DNA of 44,636 bases from Christensenellales bacterium (lineage in GTDB: Bacteria > Bacillota > Clostridia > Christensenellales > JBMNTQ01): the NCBI GenBank assembly GCA_050945815.1, contig JBMNTQ010000002.1, positions 1 to 44,636 on the forward strand, read 5' to 3'. Positions 36,303 through 44,636 of the stretch are shown here, one piece after another. How positions within the stretch are numbered: position 1 is the stretch's first letter; each line of letters opens with the position of its first letter. The notes under the pieces are model-generated. The model ran no database searches. It was not told where the DNA came from and worked only from the letters and a program-made list of their open reading frames with translations. A program made the position numbers and the translations under genes.

Positions 36303-38732
36303 CTACTTTACAACAATGTTGACCAGACGACCTTTGATGACGATGACTTTCACGACGGTTTTGCCGGCTAGTTGTGCCTGAATTTTTGAATTTTCCAGCG
36401 CCGATGTTCGGATGGTTTCTTCTGAAGCGCCGGCTGCGACGTCGATGTTGCCGCGCACCTTGCCGTTTATCTGTATGCCGATATTGACGGTATCGAGGGT
36501 GAGGGCGGATTCGTCACAGAGGGGGTAAGGCTGGTCGAATATCGAATAGGGACGCCCGCATGTCTGCCAGGCTTCTTCGCAGAAATGCGGTGCCATAGGC
36601 GCCATGATCAGCACCAGGGTTTCCACGGCCATGCGGAAGAAACCGGGGTTTTTGCAGCCGTTGTCTCGGTATTTGTTGAGGGCGTTGACCAGCTCCATCA
36701 GCCGGGCGATGGCTGTGTTGAACTGGAAGCGCTGGACATCCTCGCCCACTCGCAGGATGGTGTTGTTGAGGATGTAGTTTAAATCCTTGTCGGAGCTGTT
36801 GGGTTTGCCATTCTTCGGGCAATGGACGGCTTGTTCCACCAGCTTTTCTACGCGGTCCAGGAATTTGTTGACGGCTTTGATGCCGTCGTCGCTCCAGGCG
36901 CCTCCTTCAATGTAGGAGAAGCCGAACATCAGGTACATCCGAAAGACGTCGGAGCCGTATTTTTCCACGAATTCGTCTGGAGACACCACGTTGCCGTAGG
37001 ATTTGCTCATTTTGTTGCCGTCTGGCCCTAAAATCGTGCCTTGGTGGATCAGGCGCAGGAAGGGCTCGTCGAAATTCAGATAGCCCATGTCTCGGAAGGC
37101 CTTGACGAAAAAGCGGGCATAGAGCAGGTGCATGCAGGCATGCTCTGCGCCGCCGACGTAGGTGTCTACCGGCAGAATTTGGTTGATTAATTCTTTGTTC
37201 CAGGCTTCTTGATCGTTGTTATTGTCGGCATAACGCAGGAAATACCAGGACGAGCACATGAAGGTGTCCATGGTGTCGGCTTCTCGCTGGGCTGCGTGGC
37301 CGCAAACCGGGCAGGAGACATTCATGAACGCCTTGTTCTTTTTCAGCGGGGAGGTGCCGTCTGGGGTGAAATCTACGTCGTAGGGCAACAGCACGGGAAG
37401 ATCCTGCTCCAGGACCGGCACAGTGCCGCAGACGGGGCAATGGATCATGGGGATGGGCGCGCCCCAGTAGCGCTGCCTGGAGATGAGCCAGTCGCGCAGG
37501 CGATAGTTGACTTTGGAAGCAGCTTTGCCTTGTGCTTCCAGATGCTGGAGGATGGTTTGCATGGCTTGCTGGCTGGATTGGCCGTCGAAGCCGGGGCTGC
37601 CAGTTACGATGCCGTACTCTGTGAAGGGCAGCTCCGGCTCGCTGCCATCGTTGGCCAGAATGACCCGTTCGATGGGCAGGCCGGCTTTGCAGGCGAAGGC
37701 AAAATCCCGCTCGTCGTGGGCAGGCACGGCCATGACCGCGCCGGTGCCGTAGGAAAAGAGCACATAGTCTGCAATATAGAGGGGGACGCTTCGGCCGTTG
37801 ATGGGGTTGGTGGCGTAGGCGCCGGTGAAGACGCCGGTTTTTTCGTCGGAGGTGGACAGCCGTTGGATTTCGGATTGCTTGGTGGCTTTCTCGACGTAGG
37901 CGGCGACTTCATCGCGGCGCTCGGCTGTGGTGATTTCGGCAACCAACGGATGCTCCGGTGCGAGCACGGCATAGGTGCAGCCGAAGAGCGTGTCTGCTCG
38001 GGTGGTGAACACAGTGAAGGATTTGCCGGTTCCTTGGATGGGGAATACGATCTCGCCTCCAGTGGAGCGGCCAATCCAGTTGCGCTGCATGGCTTTGGTG
38101 CGCTCCGGCCAATCCAGAGAATCTAGACAGGCGAGAAGCTCGTCGGCATAGTCGGTAATTTTGAAGAACCATTGGGTTAGGTTTTTACGCAGGATTTCTG
38201 TAGAGCAGCGCTCGCAGGCACTGTCTACGACTTGCTCGTTGGCTAGAACCGTGTTGCAGCTGGGACACCAGTTGACCGGCGCTTCCTTGCGGTAGGCCAG
38301 GCCATGCTTGTAGAGCTGCAGGAAGCACCACTGGGTCCAGCGGTAGTATTCCGGCAGACAGGTGACGACTTCGTGGTCCCAGTCGAAGGAAGCGCCGATA
38401 TTTTTTAATTGGGCCTCCATGGTTTGGATGTTTTGCAGGGTGGAATCTTGGGGGTGGATGCCGGTTTTGATTGCGTAGTTTTCAGCGGGCAGGCCAAACG
38501 CATCGAAGCCCATGGGGTGGAATACGTTCTTGCCTTGCATGCGCTGGAACCGGGCGAAGGTGTCGGAGGGACCATAGTTGTACCAGTGGCCCACGTGCAG
38601 CTTGGCAGCGGAGGGATAGGAAAACATTTCCAGCATATAGAACTTGTCCCGGTTGTCGTCGGGACGGAAATGGTAGAGCTTGGTTTGTTCCCATTTTTGC
38701 TGCCATTTGGTTTCTATTTTTTTACGGCTCAT
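36303..38732 (-). CDS. leuS: Leucine--tRNA ligase
   Basis: 809 aa. [10 protein letters not shown] at the N-terminus, HIGH-type motif (LHVGHWYNY), KMSKS, and a CP1 editing domain. Confidence 0.97.
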   Translation of the reverse strand: MSRKKIETKWQQKWEQTKLYHFRPDDNRDKFYMLEMFSYPSAAKLHVGHWYNYGPSDTFARFQRMQGKNVFHPMGFDAFGLPAENYAIKTGIHPQDSTLQNIQTMEAQLKNIGASFDWDHEVVTCLPEYYRWTQWCFLQLYKHGLAYRKEAPVNWCPSCNTVLANEQVVDSACERCSTEILRKNLTQWFFKITDYADELLACLDSLDWPERTKAMQRNWIGRSTGGEIVFPIQGTGKSFTVFTTRADTLFGCTYAVLAPEHPLVAEITTAERRDEVAAYVEKATKQSEIQRLSTSDEKTGVFTGAYATNPINGRSVPLYIADYVLFSYGTGAVMAVPAHDERDFAFACKAGLPIERVILANDGSEPELPFTEYGIVTGSPGFDGQSSQQAMQTILQHLEAQGKAASKVNYRLRDWLISRQRYWGAPIPMIHCPVCGTVPVLEQDLPVLLPYDVDFTPDGTSPLKKNKAFMNVSCPVCGHAAQREADTMDTFMCSSWYFLRYADNNNDQEAWNKELINQILPVDTYVGGAEHACMHLLYARFFVKAFRDMGYLNFDEPFLRLIHQGTILGPDGNKMSKSYGNVVSPDEFVEKYGSDVFRMYLMFGFSYIEGGAWSDDGIKAVNKFLDRVEKLVEQAVHCPKNGKPNSSDKDLNYILNNTILRVGEDVQRFQFNTAIARLMELVNALNKYRDNGCKNPGFFRMAVETLVLIMAPMAPHFCEEAWQTCGRPYSIFDQPYPLCDESALTLDTVNIGIQINGKVRGNIDVAAGASEETIRTSALENSKIQAQLAGKTVVKVIVIKGRLVNIVVK

Positions 38733-38762
38733 AATTGCACCCCTTGATTAGTTGTTTTAAAT

Positions 38763-38803
38763 AGAAAAACCTTTCGTCCCACCAGCATTTCAGAGACGAA
38801 AGG
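38763..38803 (-). terminator. Intrinsic terminator in the leuS leader
   Basis: Minus strand: CCTTTCGTC, then a 16-nt loop TCTGAAATGCTGGTGG, then GACGAAAGG, followed by TTTTTC. It lies about 30 nt before the leuS SD. Confidence 0.7.
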
Positions 38804-38819
38804 ACGTTGTGCGGCACTG

Positions 38820-38876
38820 TTGCGCATGTCCTTGAGCAGGCTGCGGCTTTTTGCCCGGAGCCTATGACCATCGCAA
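38820..38876 (-). promoter_or_regulatory. Stem-I-like element with a CUC (Leu) codon; possible atypical T-box
   Basis: Minus strand: UUGCG-AUG-GUC-AUA-GGCU-CCGGGCAAAAAGCCGC-AGCC-UGCUCAAG-GAC-AUG-CGCAA. The base UUGCGAUG resembles T-box Stem I bases. CUC followed by A sits in the 3' internal loop. No AGAGA box, distal platform or canonical T-box 14-mer was seen. Confidence 0.3.
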
Positions 38877-38942
38877 AAGCATGTTATAACGGCTACCTGC
38901 CAAGGAAGCCGGCAGACGATAATTGCAGGATATCATCAATAA

Positions 38943-38971
38943 ATGATAATATAGGATGGCCGTTTTGTCAA
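38943..38971 (-). promoter_or_regulatory. sigma-A promoter of the leuS leader
   Basis: Minus strand: TTGACA, 17 nt, TATCAT. It gives a leader of about 200 nt. Confidence 0.65.
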
Positions 38972-39047
38972 GGAATTATGAGGGTTTGGAGGAGGCTGGC
39001 GGCGGCGGAACCTTTTACTCTTTGGGGGAATACTGTATAGAAATAAG

Positions 39048-39965
39048 GTGAGGAAGGAGTGCTTATGTTTGGTGACGGTGGATGAGCAATATTCCTATGA
39101 TGTTTTGATGCAGGACATAGCGGCTCTACAGGAGCGCTATACGCAGTTTATGCGGGTGGAGACTTTGGGCTATTCCGTTTTGGGCAGGGAGATTCCTCTG
39201 TTGATTTTAGGCAACGACAACGCGACCAAGCAGGTGTGGGTGGACGGCTCGATCCATGGGCGGGAGTATATGACCAGCCAGGTGGTGATGATGCAGGTGG
39301 CGTGGCTGCTTCAGATATCGGAGGAAGCCGGGACGTTTGTATGGCCCAATGTCCAATACCATATTGTCCCCATGTTGAACCCGGATGGTGTGGAGCTGTC
39401 GCGGTTTGGACTGTCTTCGGTAGATGATTTGCAAAAGAGGGAGGAATTGCTAGCCATCAACGGCGGCAGTGAGGATTTTACCCGCTATAAGGCCAATGCC
39501 AACGGTGTGGATTTAAACTCCAATTTCCCGGCTTATTGGGAAGAAAAGGATACGGGCGTGTATGCGCCTGCACCGGAGGGCTTCAAGGGCTATGCGCCTC
39601 TGTCGCAGCCGGAGACCCAGGCTGTTGCCCGGTACATACAGAGAAGGCTGGACGCCAGCGTCTCCTATCATGCTGTGGGCGCTGAGATCTATTGGTATTT
39701 TTACCAGACCGGGGATAGGCTGGAGCGGGATCGGGCGGTGGCGATCGCTGTGGGAAACATTACGGATTACCGGCTGATGCCTGAGCAGGATTCTTTGTCC
39801 GGCGCGGGGCTGCGGGATTATCAGATACTGGATTTCCAGCGTATTGGACTGACTATAGAGATCGGGCCGACTACAACTCCTGCGCCGCCGCCCCTTTCGG
39901 ACTTGGATGTGATTTGGCAGCGCAACCGGGATGTTTTGCTGAGGCTGCCGCTGTATATCCCGTAA
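39048..39965 (+). CDS. M14 family zinc carboxypeptidase (gamma-D-glutamyl-meso-diaminopimelate peptidase-like)
   Basis: About 300 aa. YSYDVLMQDIAALQERY...LGYSVLGREIPLL...DGSIHGREYMTS (HxxE zinc motif)...NPDGVE. The start is ambiguous among GTG 39048, TTG 39069 and GTG 39072, after AGGAAGGAG. Confidence 0.85.
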   Translation: MRKECLCLVTVDEQYSYDVLMQDIAALQERYTQFMRVETLGYSVLGREIPLLILGNDNATKQVWVDGSIHGREYMTSQVVMMQVAWLLQISEEAGTFVWPNVQYHIVPMLNPDGVELSRFGLSSVDDLQKREELLAINGGSEDFTRYKANANGVDLNSNFPAYWEEKDTGVYAPAPEGFKGYAPLSQPETQAVARYIQRRLDASVSYHAVGAEIYWYFYQTGDRLERDRAVAIAVGNITDYRLMPEQDSLSGAGLRDYQILDFQRIGLTIEIGPTTTPAPPPLSDLDVIWQRNRDVLLRLPLYIP

Positions 39966-40142
39966 AAGGAGCGCAGAAAGGGCCGAAGCGAGAGCGGGCG
40001 CAAAACGAACCGGGCACGATTTGGCTTTACACAGCAGAGATGGATGCTACGGTTGGCGCGGCGTGTATGCGGAGGTGGTTTCGCTGGGGGATTGGAGCGA
40101 TTGCTTCGGGTAAACAAGAAGGGGGACAGGATAAGAAAGAGC

Positions 40143-40180
40143 GAAACAGCCCACGGAGGAATGTCTCCATGGGCTGTTTC
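40143..40180. terminator. Bidirectional hairpin terminator (M14 peptidase / DUF1540 genes)
   Basis: GAAACAGCCCACGGAG-GAAT-GTCTCCATGGGCTGTTTC is a 14-16 bp stem with one mismatch. ATTTTT follows on the plus strand, and it ends 5 nt below the stop of the minus-strand gene. Confidence 0.8.
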
Positions 40181-40184
40181 ATTT

Positions 40185-40574
40185 TTACAAAGGTTTGAAA
40201 GATTCACAATGGGCATTATCGAGCTTTTCTGCTTGTGATACATGCAGGGTGCGGGCTCGGCAGTTCCAGTCTTTGTTGTGGCGGCATTGTCTGACGGTGC
40301 AGGCAATGATGGTATCCGGTGCGTCGAATTCGCCAATTTCGCTCATCGACATGGCAAGGCCGTTGCCTAGCTTGCCGGGTGAGATTGTTTTCATCCGTTG
40401 GATGGCGTTGTTTGTGTAGCTTCCTATGTCGTCGACGTAGCTTCTGCAACGGGTTTGACTGCTAGAGTCCGCACGATCGCCTACGATAAGCAGTTGCAGG
40501 GCGTTGCAGGATGTAGCGATGTTGTGAATGCAGCTCTTTGCTTTGCAGACTACTTGAGGTGCTTGATTGCTCAT
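40185..40574 (-). CDS. Two-module DUF1540-type Cys-rich protein
   Basis: 129 aa from ATG 40574 (MSNQAPQVVCKAKSCIHN...). It has two 4-Cys modules (VVCKAKSCIHNIATSCNALQLLIV...TRCRSY and IACTVRQCRHNKDWNCRARTLHV...AHCESF). The track's 36-codon extension overlaps the upstream sORF and is dropped. Confidence 0.75.
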   Translation of the reverse strand: MSNQAPQVVCKAKSCIHNIATSCNALQLLIVGDRADSSSQTRCRSYVDDIGSYTNNAIQRMKTISPGKLGNGLAMSMSEIGEFDAPDTIIACTVRQCRHNKDWNCRARTLHVSQAEKLDNAHCESFKPL

Positions 40575-40575
40575 G

Positions 40576-40737
40576 TCAGGATTTCTTGTAGCTGCAGCAC
40601 ATGCTGTCTTCCGCCCGGTTAGCACGATCGTTGATGGAGCCGACCATGATGCTATCCAGTTTACAGTACTTTTCTTGAGCATTATAGGTGCATGTGTCTA
40701 CACTGCATCGGATCTGTCGGTTGGTGTCTTGAAACAT
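40576..40737 (-). CDS. Single-module DUF1540-type Cys-rich microprotein (53 aa), absent from the ORF track
   Basis: AGGAGG, 7 nt, ATG 40737. The product is MFQDTNRQIRCSVDTCTYNAQEKYCKLDSIMVGSINDRANRAEDSMCCSYKKS with TGA at 40576..40578, 1 nt before the next ATG. It carries the same 4-Cys module as the downstream gene. Confidence 0.7.
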   Translation of the reverse strand: MFQDTNRQIRCSVDTCTYNAQEKYCKLDSIMVGSINDRANRAEDSMCCSYKKS

Positions 40738-40859
40738 TGCATTACCTCCTGTGTGTTGTTTTGCGCATCAGCGCACCTTTATTATTTCCATTCTGCCGCT
40801 GCTTATGCTTGATATAAAAAAGAGAAATAAAAAGTGGACGCTGCTTTGTGTTTGAGCGG

Positions 40860-41000
40860 CTAGTCTTGCTGGCAAGCGCAGCTGTGGCCGCCAAAATGCG
40901 CCATACAGTCGGCGCAGACGTAACTTTGGCATTCGTCGCAAATGTGAGCCGAGCGGCTGTCCACCGGATTGCTGCACATCGAGCAATTGATCCAGCTCAT
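40860..41000 (-). CDS. 46-aa 8-Cys/3-His putative zinc-finger microprotein, absent from the ORF track
   Basis: AGGAGGG, 8 nt, ATG 41000. The product is MSWINCSMCSNPVDSRSAHICDECQSYVCADCMAHFGGHSCACQQD with TAG at 40860..40862. It contains three CxxC pairs plus HxCxC. Confidence 0.55.
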   Translation of the reverse strand: MSWINCSMCSNPVDSRSAHICDECQSYVCADCMAHFGGHSCACQQD

Positions 41001-41164
41001 AGAAGCATCCCTCCTTTTTTTCATTACAAGCTTATCTTTTGGAATAAAAAAAGAACTATACCGGAAAAATTTTGAAAATTCCGTGTGTTCCTCGCCGCTG
41101 CTTGCGCAGAGCCGTTGATATAGGTATGATAGAGGCAGAATAAAATGGGGAGCAGGCTTTTGAT

Positions 41165-42508
41165 ATGGATACGATTTATGCTTTATCCACGCCGCCGGGC
41201 CAAAGCGCCATTGCCATTGTGCGCATCAGCGGCGCACAATCCCGGGAGGTTTTTGAGCGGGTGTTTCGCCATGGGGGACAAACGCAAAGCCACCGCTTGT
41301 ATTACGGAGATATTGTGGACGAGGATGGCGTGGTGGACGAGGCTATGGCTGTTTTTATGGCCGGCCCGAATAGCTATACGAGAGAAGATATGGCGGAATT
41401 TCATTGCCATGGCTCGATGGCCGTGGTGAAAAAACTGATGCAGACCCTGGACAGGCAGGGCCTGCGCCTTGCCCAGGGCGGGGAATTTTCCAAGCGGGCG
41501 TTTCTCAGCGGACGGATTGATTTGGCTCAGGCGGAAGCTGTGATGGACTTGATCGCTTCCTCTTCGGAGCGGGGGCGGCAGACGTCTTTGCGGCAGATGA
41601 AGGGGTCGCTTTCTCAGAAAATTATCGCATGTCGGGATGGGATTGCGAATATTTTGGCTGCACTGGAGGTTTCTATTGACTATCCGGAGGAGATGATCGA
41701 CGTTTTGGGCGTTGGGGAGGATATGGACGGCGTGTTAGAGGAGTTGGCGGCGCTGTCGGCAACGTTCCATACCGGCAGGATGATCCGGGAGGGAGTGGCT
41801 GTGGCGATTGTAGGGCGGCCGAATGTGGGGAAATCCTCGCTGCTCAACGCCCTTGTGGGCAGCGAACGCGCTATTGTGACGGAGGTTGCCGGGACGACTC
41901 GGGATGTGATTGAGGAGCCGTTTCAGATAGATGGGATGCCGGTTCGGCTGATTGATACTGCTGGGATTCGGGAGGGGGAGGACCCGGTGGAGAAGCTAGG
42001 CGTTGCGCGCAGCTTTGCTGCTTTGCGGGAGGCGGATGTGGCGGTGCTTGTGTTGGATACATCGCGGCCGCTGGTCGACGAGGATCGGAGCATTGCCGAA
42101 TCGATTGGGGGGCCGTTTTTGATTGCGCTGAATAAAAGCGACGGACCGGTGGTTCTGCCGCCGCAGGAAGTGGCAGACGCGTTTCCCAATGTGCGGGTGT
42201 TGCCGGTTTCGGCTGCTACCGGCGATGGTTTGCACGCCTTGGTGGACGCGCTATACGATGCGGCGCTGGAGCGGGGCGGGGACGGTGGATTCTCGGAGGC
42301 TGTGGTGAACCAACGGCATCAGGAGGCCATTTCCCGGGCGCGTGAGGCAATCCAGCAGGCAAAACGGACACTTTATGAGCTGGAGGATGAGGCTTGTGTG
42401 GCCACTGATTTGCGCATCGGCTGGGAGGCTTTGGGGGAAATCGTAGGGGAAACGGCTACGGAGGATTTGCTGGACCGGATTTTTTCGCAGTTTTGCTTGG
42501 GGAAGTGA
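41165..42508 (+). CDS. mnmE: tRNA modification GTPase MnmE (TrmE)
   Basis: 447 aa. [24 protein letters not shown]1 motif [18 protein letters not shown], and the C-terminal FCLGK (CxGK) motif. Confidence 0.96.
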   Translation: MDTIYALSTPPGQSAIAIVRISGAQSREVFERVFRHGGQTQSHRLYYGDIVDEDGVVDEAMAVFMAGPNSYTREDMAEFHCHGSMAVVKKLMQTLDRQGLRLAQGGEFSKRAFLSGRIDLAQAEAVMDLIASSSERGRQTSLRQMKGSLSQKIIACRDGIANILAALEVSIDYPEEMIDVLGVGEDMDGVLEELAALSATFHTGRMIREGVAVAIVGRPNVGKSSLLNALVGSERAIVTEVAGTTRDVIEEPFQIDGMPVRLIDTAGIREGEDPVEKLGVARSFAALREADVAVLVLDTSRPLVDEDRSIAESIGGPFLIALNKSDGPVVLPPQEVADAFPNVRVLPVSAATGDGLHALVDALYDAALERGGDGGFSEAVVNQRHQEAISRAREAIQQAKRTLYELEDEACVATDLRIGWEALGEIVGETATEDLLDRIFSQFCLGK

Positions 42509-42561
42509 ATGTGCGCAAGCCTGGCAGAGGGGCATATGCTTGAAAGATAGTTGGATAAGCT

Positions 42562-42595
42562 AAAGGCTGTGTAACAGAGCGTTACGCAGCCTTTT
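42562..42595. terminator. Bidirectional terminator between mnmE and iolG-like gene
   Basis: AAAGGCTGTGTAAC-AGAGC-GTTACGCAGCCTTT is a 14-bp stem with one G:U pair, followed by TTGG. It lies between convergent genes. Confidence 0.85.
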
Positions 42596-42625
42596 TGGTT
42601 TTTACTGATATGTTTGCGGGGGCTT

Positions 42626-43645
42626 TTAGCCTCGGGCTACCTCGCTGATCTTGACCGGGCGGCCTTCTCGAGCGGAGATGTTGCAGGCTTCCGCGATCAA
42701 TACGGATTGCAGCCCATCGTTGCCGTTGGTGGGCATTTCGCCGCCGCCATTGAGCGCTTCGAAGAAGGCTGTCATCTCCGTTGCAAACGCATCGCTGTAG
42801 CGTTCCAGGAAGAACCACGGCGGGCGGGCGGAGGTGACATCGTCGATGGTGGTGACTGTGACGGTGTTGGGCGTGTCGTTGAGCGCCTGGACGCAGCCAA
42901 GGTCGCCCATGACCTCGGTCCGCTGGTCGTAGAAATTGGCGCGGCGGCTGTTGTTGATAACGCCTAGGGCACCGTTTTCGAAGGTCAGCGTTACGATGGC
43001 CGTGTCTACGTCGCCGTAATCTGCAACTCTGGGGTCGACAAGGCAAGCGCCTTTTGCATAGACTTCTACAACTTCACTCATCGCCAGGAAGCGGATCATG
43101 TCGAAGTCGTGGATCATCATGTCTACATAGATGCCGCCGCTGGTGGCGATATATTCCATCGGTGCGATCGCAGGGTCGCGGGAGGTGATGGTAATGAGCT
43201 CCGGCTTGCCTACTTTTCCGGCAGCTACTGCGTCGTGTACGGCTCTGTGGTTGTGGTCGAAGCGGCGCACGAAGCCCATCATAAATTTAATGCCTGCTTT
43301 TTCGACTGCTTCTAAAGTGGAGTAGATGCGGTCGATGTCCAGATCCAGGGGTTTTTCACAGAATACGTCCTTTTTGGCAGCGCAGGCTTTGAGAATGAGA
43401 TCGCTGTGGGTAGGCGTAGGTGAGCCGATTAAGATGGCATCTACCTCGGGATCTGCGAAAACAGCTGCGTCGTCTTTCAGGACATGCTCGACGCCCAAGC
43501 CCTTTGCCCAGGCTTCTGCTTCAGGGGTTAGGAAAATGTCAATGATGTATTTGATCTTGACATCGGGAAGATTACGGATAATGTTTTCTGCATGTAATTT
43601 GCCGATTCGGCCGGCGCCGAAAATTGCTACAACGTTTTTAGCCAT
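42626..43645 (-). CDS. iolG: Gfo/Idh/MocA family oxidoreductase, inositol 2-dehydrogenase-like
   Basis: 339 aa. Rossmann motif VAIFGAGRIGKLHAENI, then FCEKPL and GFVRRFD blocks as in IolG. It is adjacent to iolE. Confidence 0.8.
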   Translation of the reverse strand: MAKNVVAIFGAGRIGKLHAENIIRNLPDVKIKYIIDIFLTPEAEAWAKGLGVEHVLKDDAAVFADPEVDAILIGSPTPTHSDLILKACAAKKDVFCEKPLDLDIDRIYSTLEAVEKAGIKFMMGFVRRFDHNHRAVHDAVAAGKVGKPELITITSRDPAIAPMEYIATSGGIYVDMMIHDFDMIRFLAMSEVVEVYAKGACLVDPRVADYGDVDTAIVTLTFENGALGVINNSRRANFYDQRTEVMGDLGCVQALNDTPNTVTVTTIDDVTSARPPWFFLERYSDAFATEMTAFFEALNGGGEMPTNGNDGLQSVLIAEACNISAREGRPVKISEVARG

Positions 43646-43710
43646 AAGAAACCTCCTAATAGTTTTATGATAGTGGGAACGCCCAAAAATTGTTCAGTAT
43701 ACTACACATC

Positions 43711-44610
43711 CTAAAGGCCGGTGCATTTTCGGATATATTCCCGACCCATTTTGGCGTACTGCAGCGGATTGGCTATGTCTGGGTCCTGCTCGGCTTCTAC
43801 CATCATCCAGCCTTCGTAGCCGCCATCTTCCAGAACTTGGAAGATGGGTGCGTAGTCGATAGCGCCTTCCGGGTCACCCGGGACGGTAAATGCGCCGGCA
43901 TACACCGCTTCTAGGAAGCAGCTGCGGCGAATGCGCATCTCTTGCAGCACATTGGCTCGTACATTCTTCAGATGGACATGGCCTACGCGATGGACGTACT
44001 TCTTGAGGACTTTGAGCGGATCGCAGCCGGCGAAGTAGAGGTGGCCTGCGTCGTGCAGCAGCCAGACTTTCCCTGGCTCTGTCATGTCCATGAAGCGGTC
44101 GACTTCTTCTTCTGTTTGGACGCCGGTGCCCATATGGTGGTGCAGACACAGACGCATGCCTTTTTCCGCGGCTAAATGCCCAAGCTCGTTGATGCCGTCG
44201 GTGAATTTCTTCCAGTTGTCGTCGTTGTAGATGACTTTATGCTCGAAGATGGGCAGCGGCGTGCCTTGGAAGCCAAAGCTTTGCTCGGAGAAGCTGATGG
44301 CCCTCGCGCCGGTGTCGTAGAGGAAATCCATGTATTCTGTAAAGTCCTTCTTGACTTTGTCGAAGGGCTGGGACAGAATATAGCCGCTGAACCACTGACC
44401 GCATATTTTGTGGTTGTATTTCTCGAGATAGGAGCGCAGCACGTTAATATCCCGCGGGTATTTGTTGCCGATTTCACTGCCGATGTAGCCGGCCTCCGCC
44501 ATTTCGGAGATGCACTGTTCAAAGCTGATGTGACCGCCCAGCTCCGGCAGATCGTCGTTGGTCCAGACAATGGGGGCAATGGCCACAAAGACCTTGTTTT
44601 TATCCATCAT
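43711..44610 (-). CDS. iolE: myo-Inosose-2 dehydratase
   Basis: 299 aa. IAPIVWTNDDLPELGG..., HHHMGTGVQTEEEVDRFM, FTVPGDPEGAIDY and VEAEQDP blocks closely parallel B. subtilis IolE as I recall it. Confidence 0.88.
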   Translation of the reverse strand: MMDKNKVFVAIAPIVWTNDDLPELGGHISFEQCISEMAEAGYIGSEIGNKYPRDINVLRSYLEKYNHKICGQWFSGYILSQPFDKVKKDFTEYMDFLYDTGARAISFSEQSFGFQGTPLPIFEHKVIYNDDNWKKFTDGINELGHLAAEKGMRLCLHHHMGTGVQTEEEVDRFMDMTEPGKVWLLHDAGHLYFAGCDPLKVLKKYVHRVGHVHLKNVRANVLQEMRIRRSCFLEAVYAGAFTVPGDPEGAIDYAPIFQVLEDGGYEGWMMVEAEQDPDIANPLQYAKMGREYIRKCTGL

Positions 44611-44636
44611 AGCTGTTTTGCCTCCTGAAAACGTTT

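Noticed and set aside
39966-40142. G-rich 175-nt spacer after the M14 peptidase gene, with candidate ORFs 39914..40198, 40044..40238 and 39821..40336
   Set aside because: No RBS and no domain signal, and the ORFs run through the bidirectional terminator hairpin. It is probably a long 3' UTR or spacer.
40575-40682. 36-codon extension of the 165-aa ORF 40185..40682, and the 72-aa ORF 40768..40986
   Set aside because: Both lack an RBS. They overlap better-supported small ORFs (53 aa, 46 aa) that have strong RBSs and conserved Cys patterns.
1-44636. CRISPR arrays, IS elements/transposases, integrases, prophage modules, toxin-antitoxin pairs, tRNA/rRNA genes
   Set aside because: I scanned both strands by eye. 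I found no spaced direct repeats, no terminal inverted repeats flanking a transposase-like ORF, no recombinase motifs, and no tRNA-like T-arm (GGTTCGAATCC-type) sequences.

Overview
Mostly housekeeping chromosomal window from a moderately GC-rich Firmicute, probably Clostridia-like. Supporting signs are AddAB rather than RecBCD, S-box/FMN/TPP riboswitches, solitary ECF S-components, and DUF1540/DUF1934 proteins. I support about 37 protein genes. Minus strand: comFC-recD2-metK, an LCP protein, pyrG, MBL hydrolase, DUF1934, a 2-hydroxyacid dehydrogenase, ribU, a 1424-aa double activase/dehydratase-like fusion, corA, mnmG, a leuS-PHP-fumarate hydratase operon, three small Cys-rich genes, and iolG/iolE. 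Plus strand: ttcA-like, thpR-addB-addA-macro-NYN/LOTUS, glnS-small membrane protein-gltX, rpsF-ssb-rpsR, thiT, an M14 peptidase, and mnmE. Three riboswitches are readable directly: SAM-I before metK, FMN before ribU, TPP before thiT. Several near-consensus promoters and hairpin terminators are also visible. I saw no rRNA, tRNA, CRISPR array, IS element, integrase, prophage or recognisable defence island, and no demonstrably novel system can be proven from sequence alone. The best candidates are: (1) a run of three Cys-rich small genes at 40.2-41.0 kb, two of them below the ORF-track size cutoff (a DUF1540 tandem pair plus a 46-aa 8-Cys microprotein); (2) a tightly coupled five-gene unit joining a 2H phosphoesterase, AddAB, a macro domain and a NYN/LOTUS protein; (3) a non-canonical T-box-like leader before leuS; (4) an orphan consensus promoter, perfect SD and 28-codon sORF in the long corA leader; (5) a SemiSWEET/PQ-loop-like 95-aa membrane gene translationally coupled between glnS and gltX. 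Many long ORFs in the track are antisense or out-of-frame artefacts of GC-rich DNA and are rejected.
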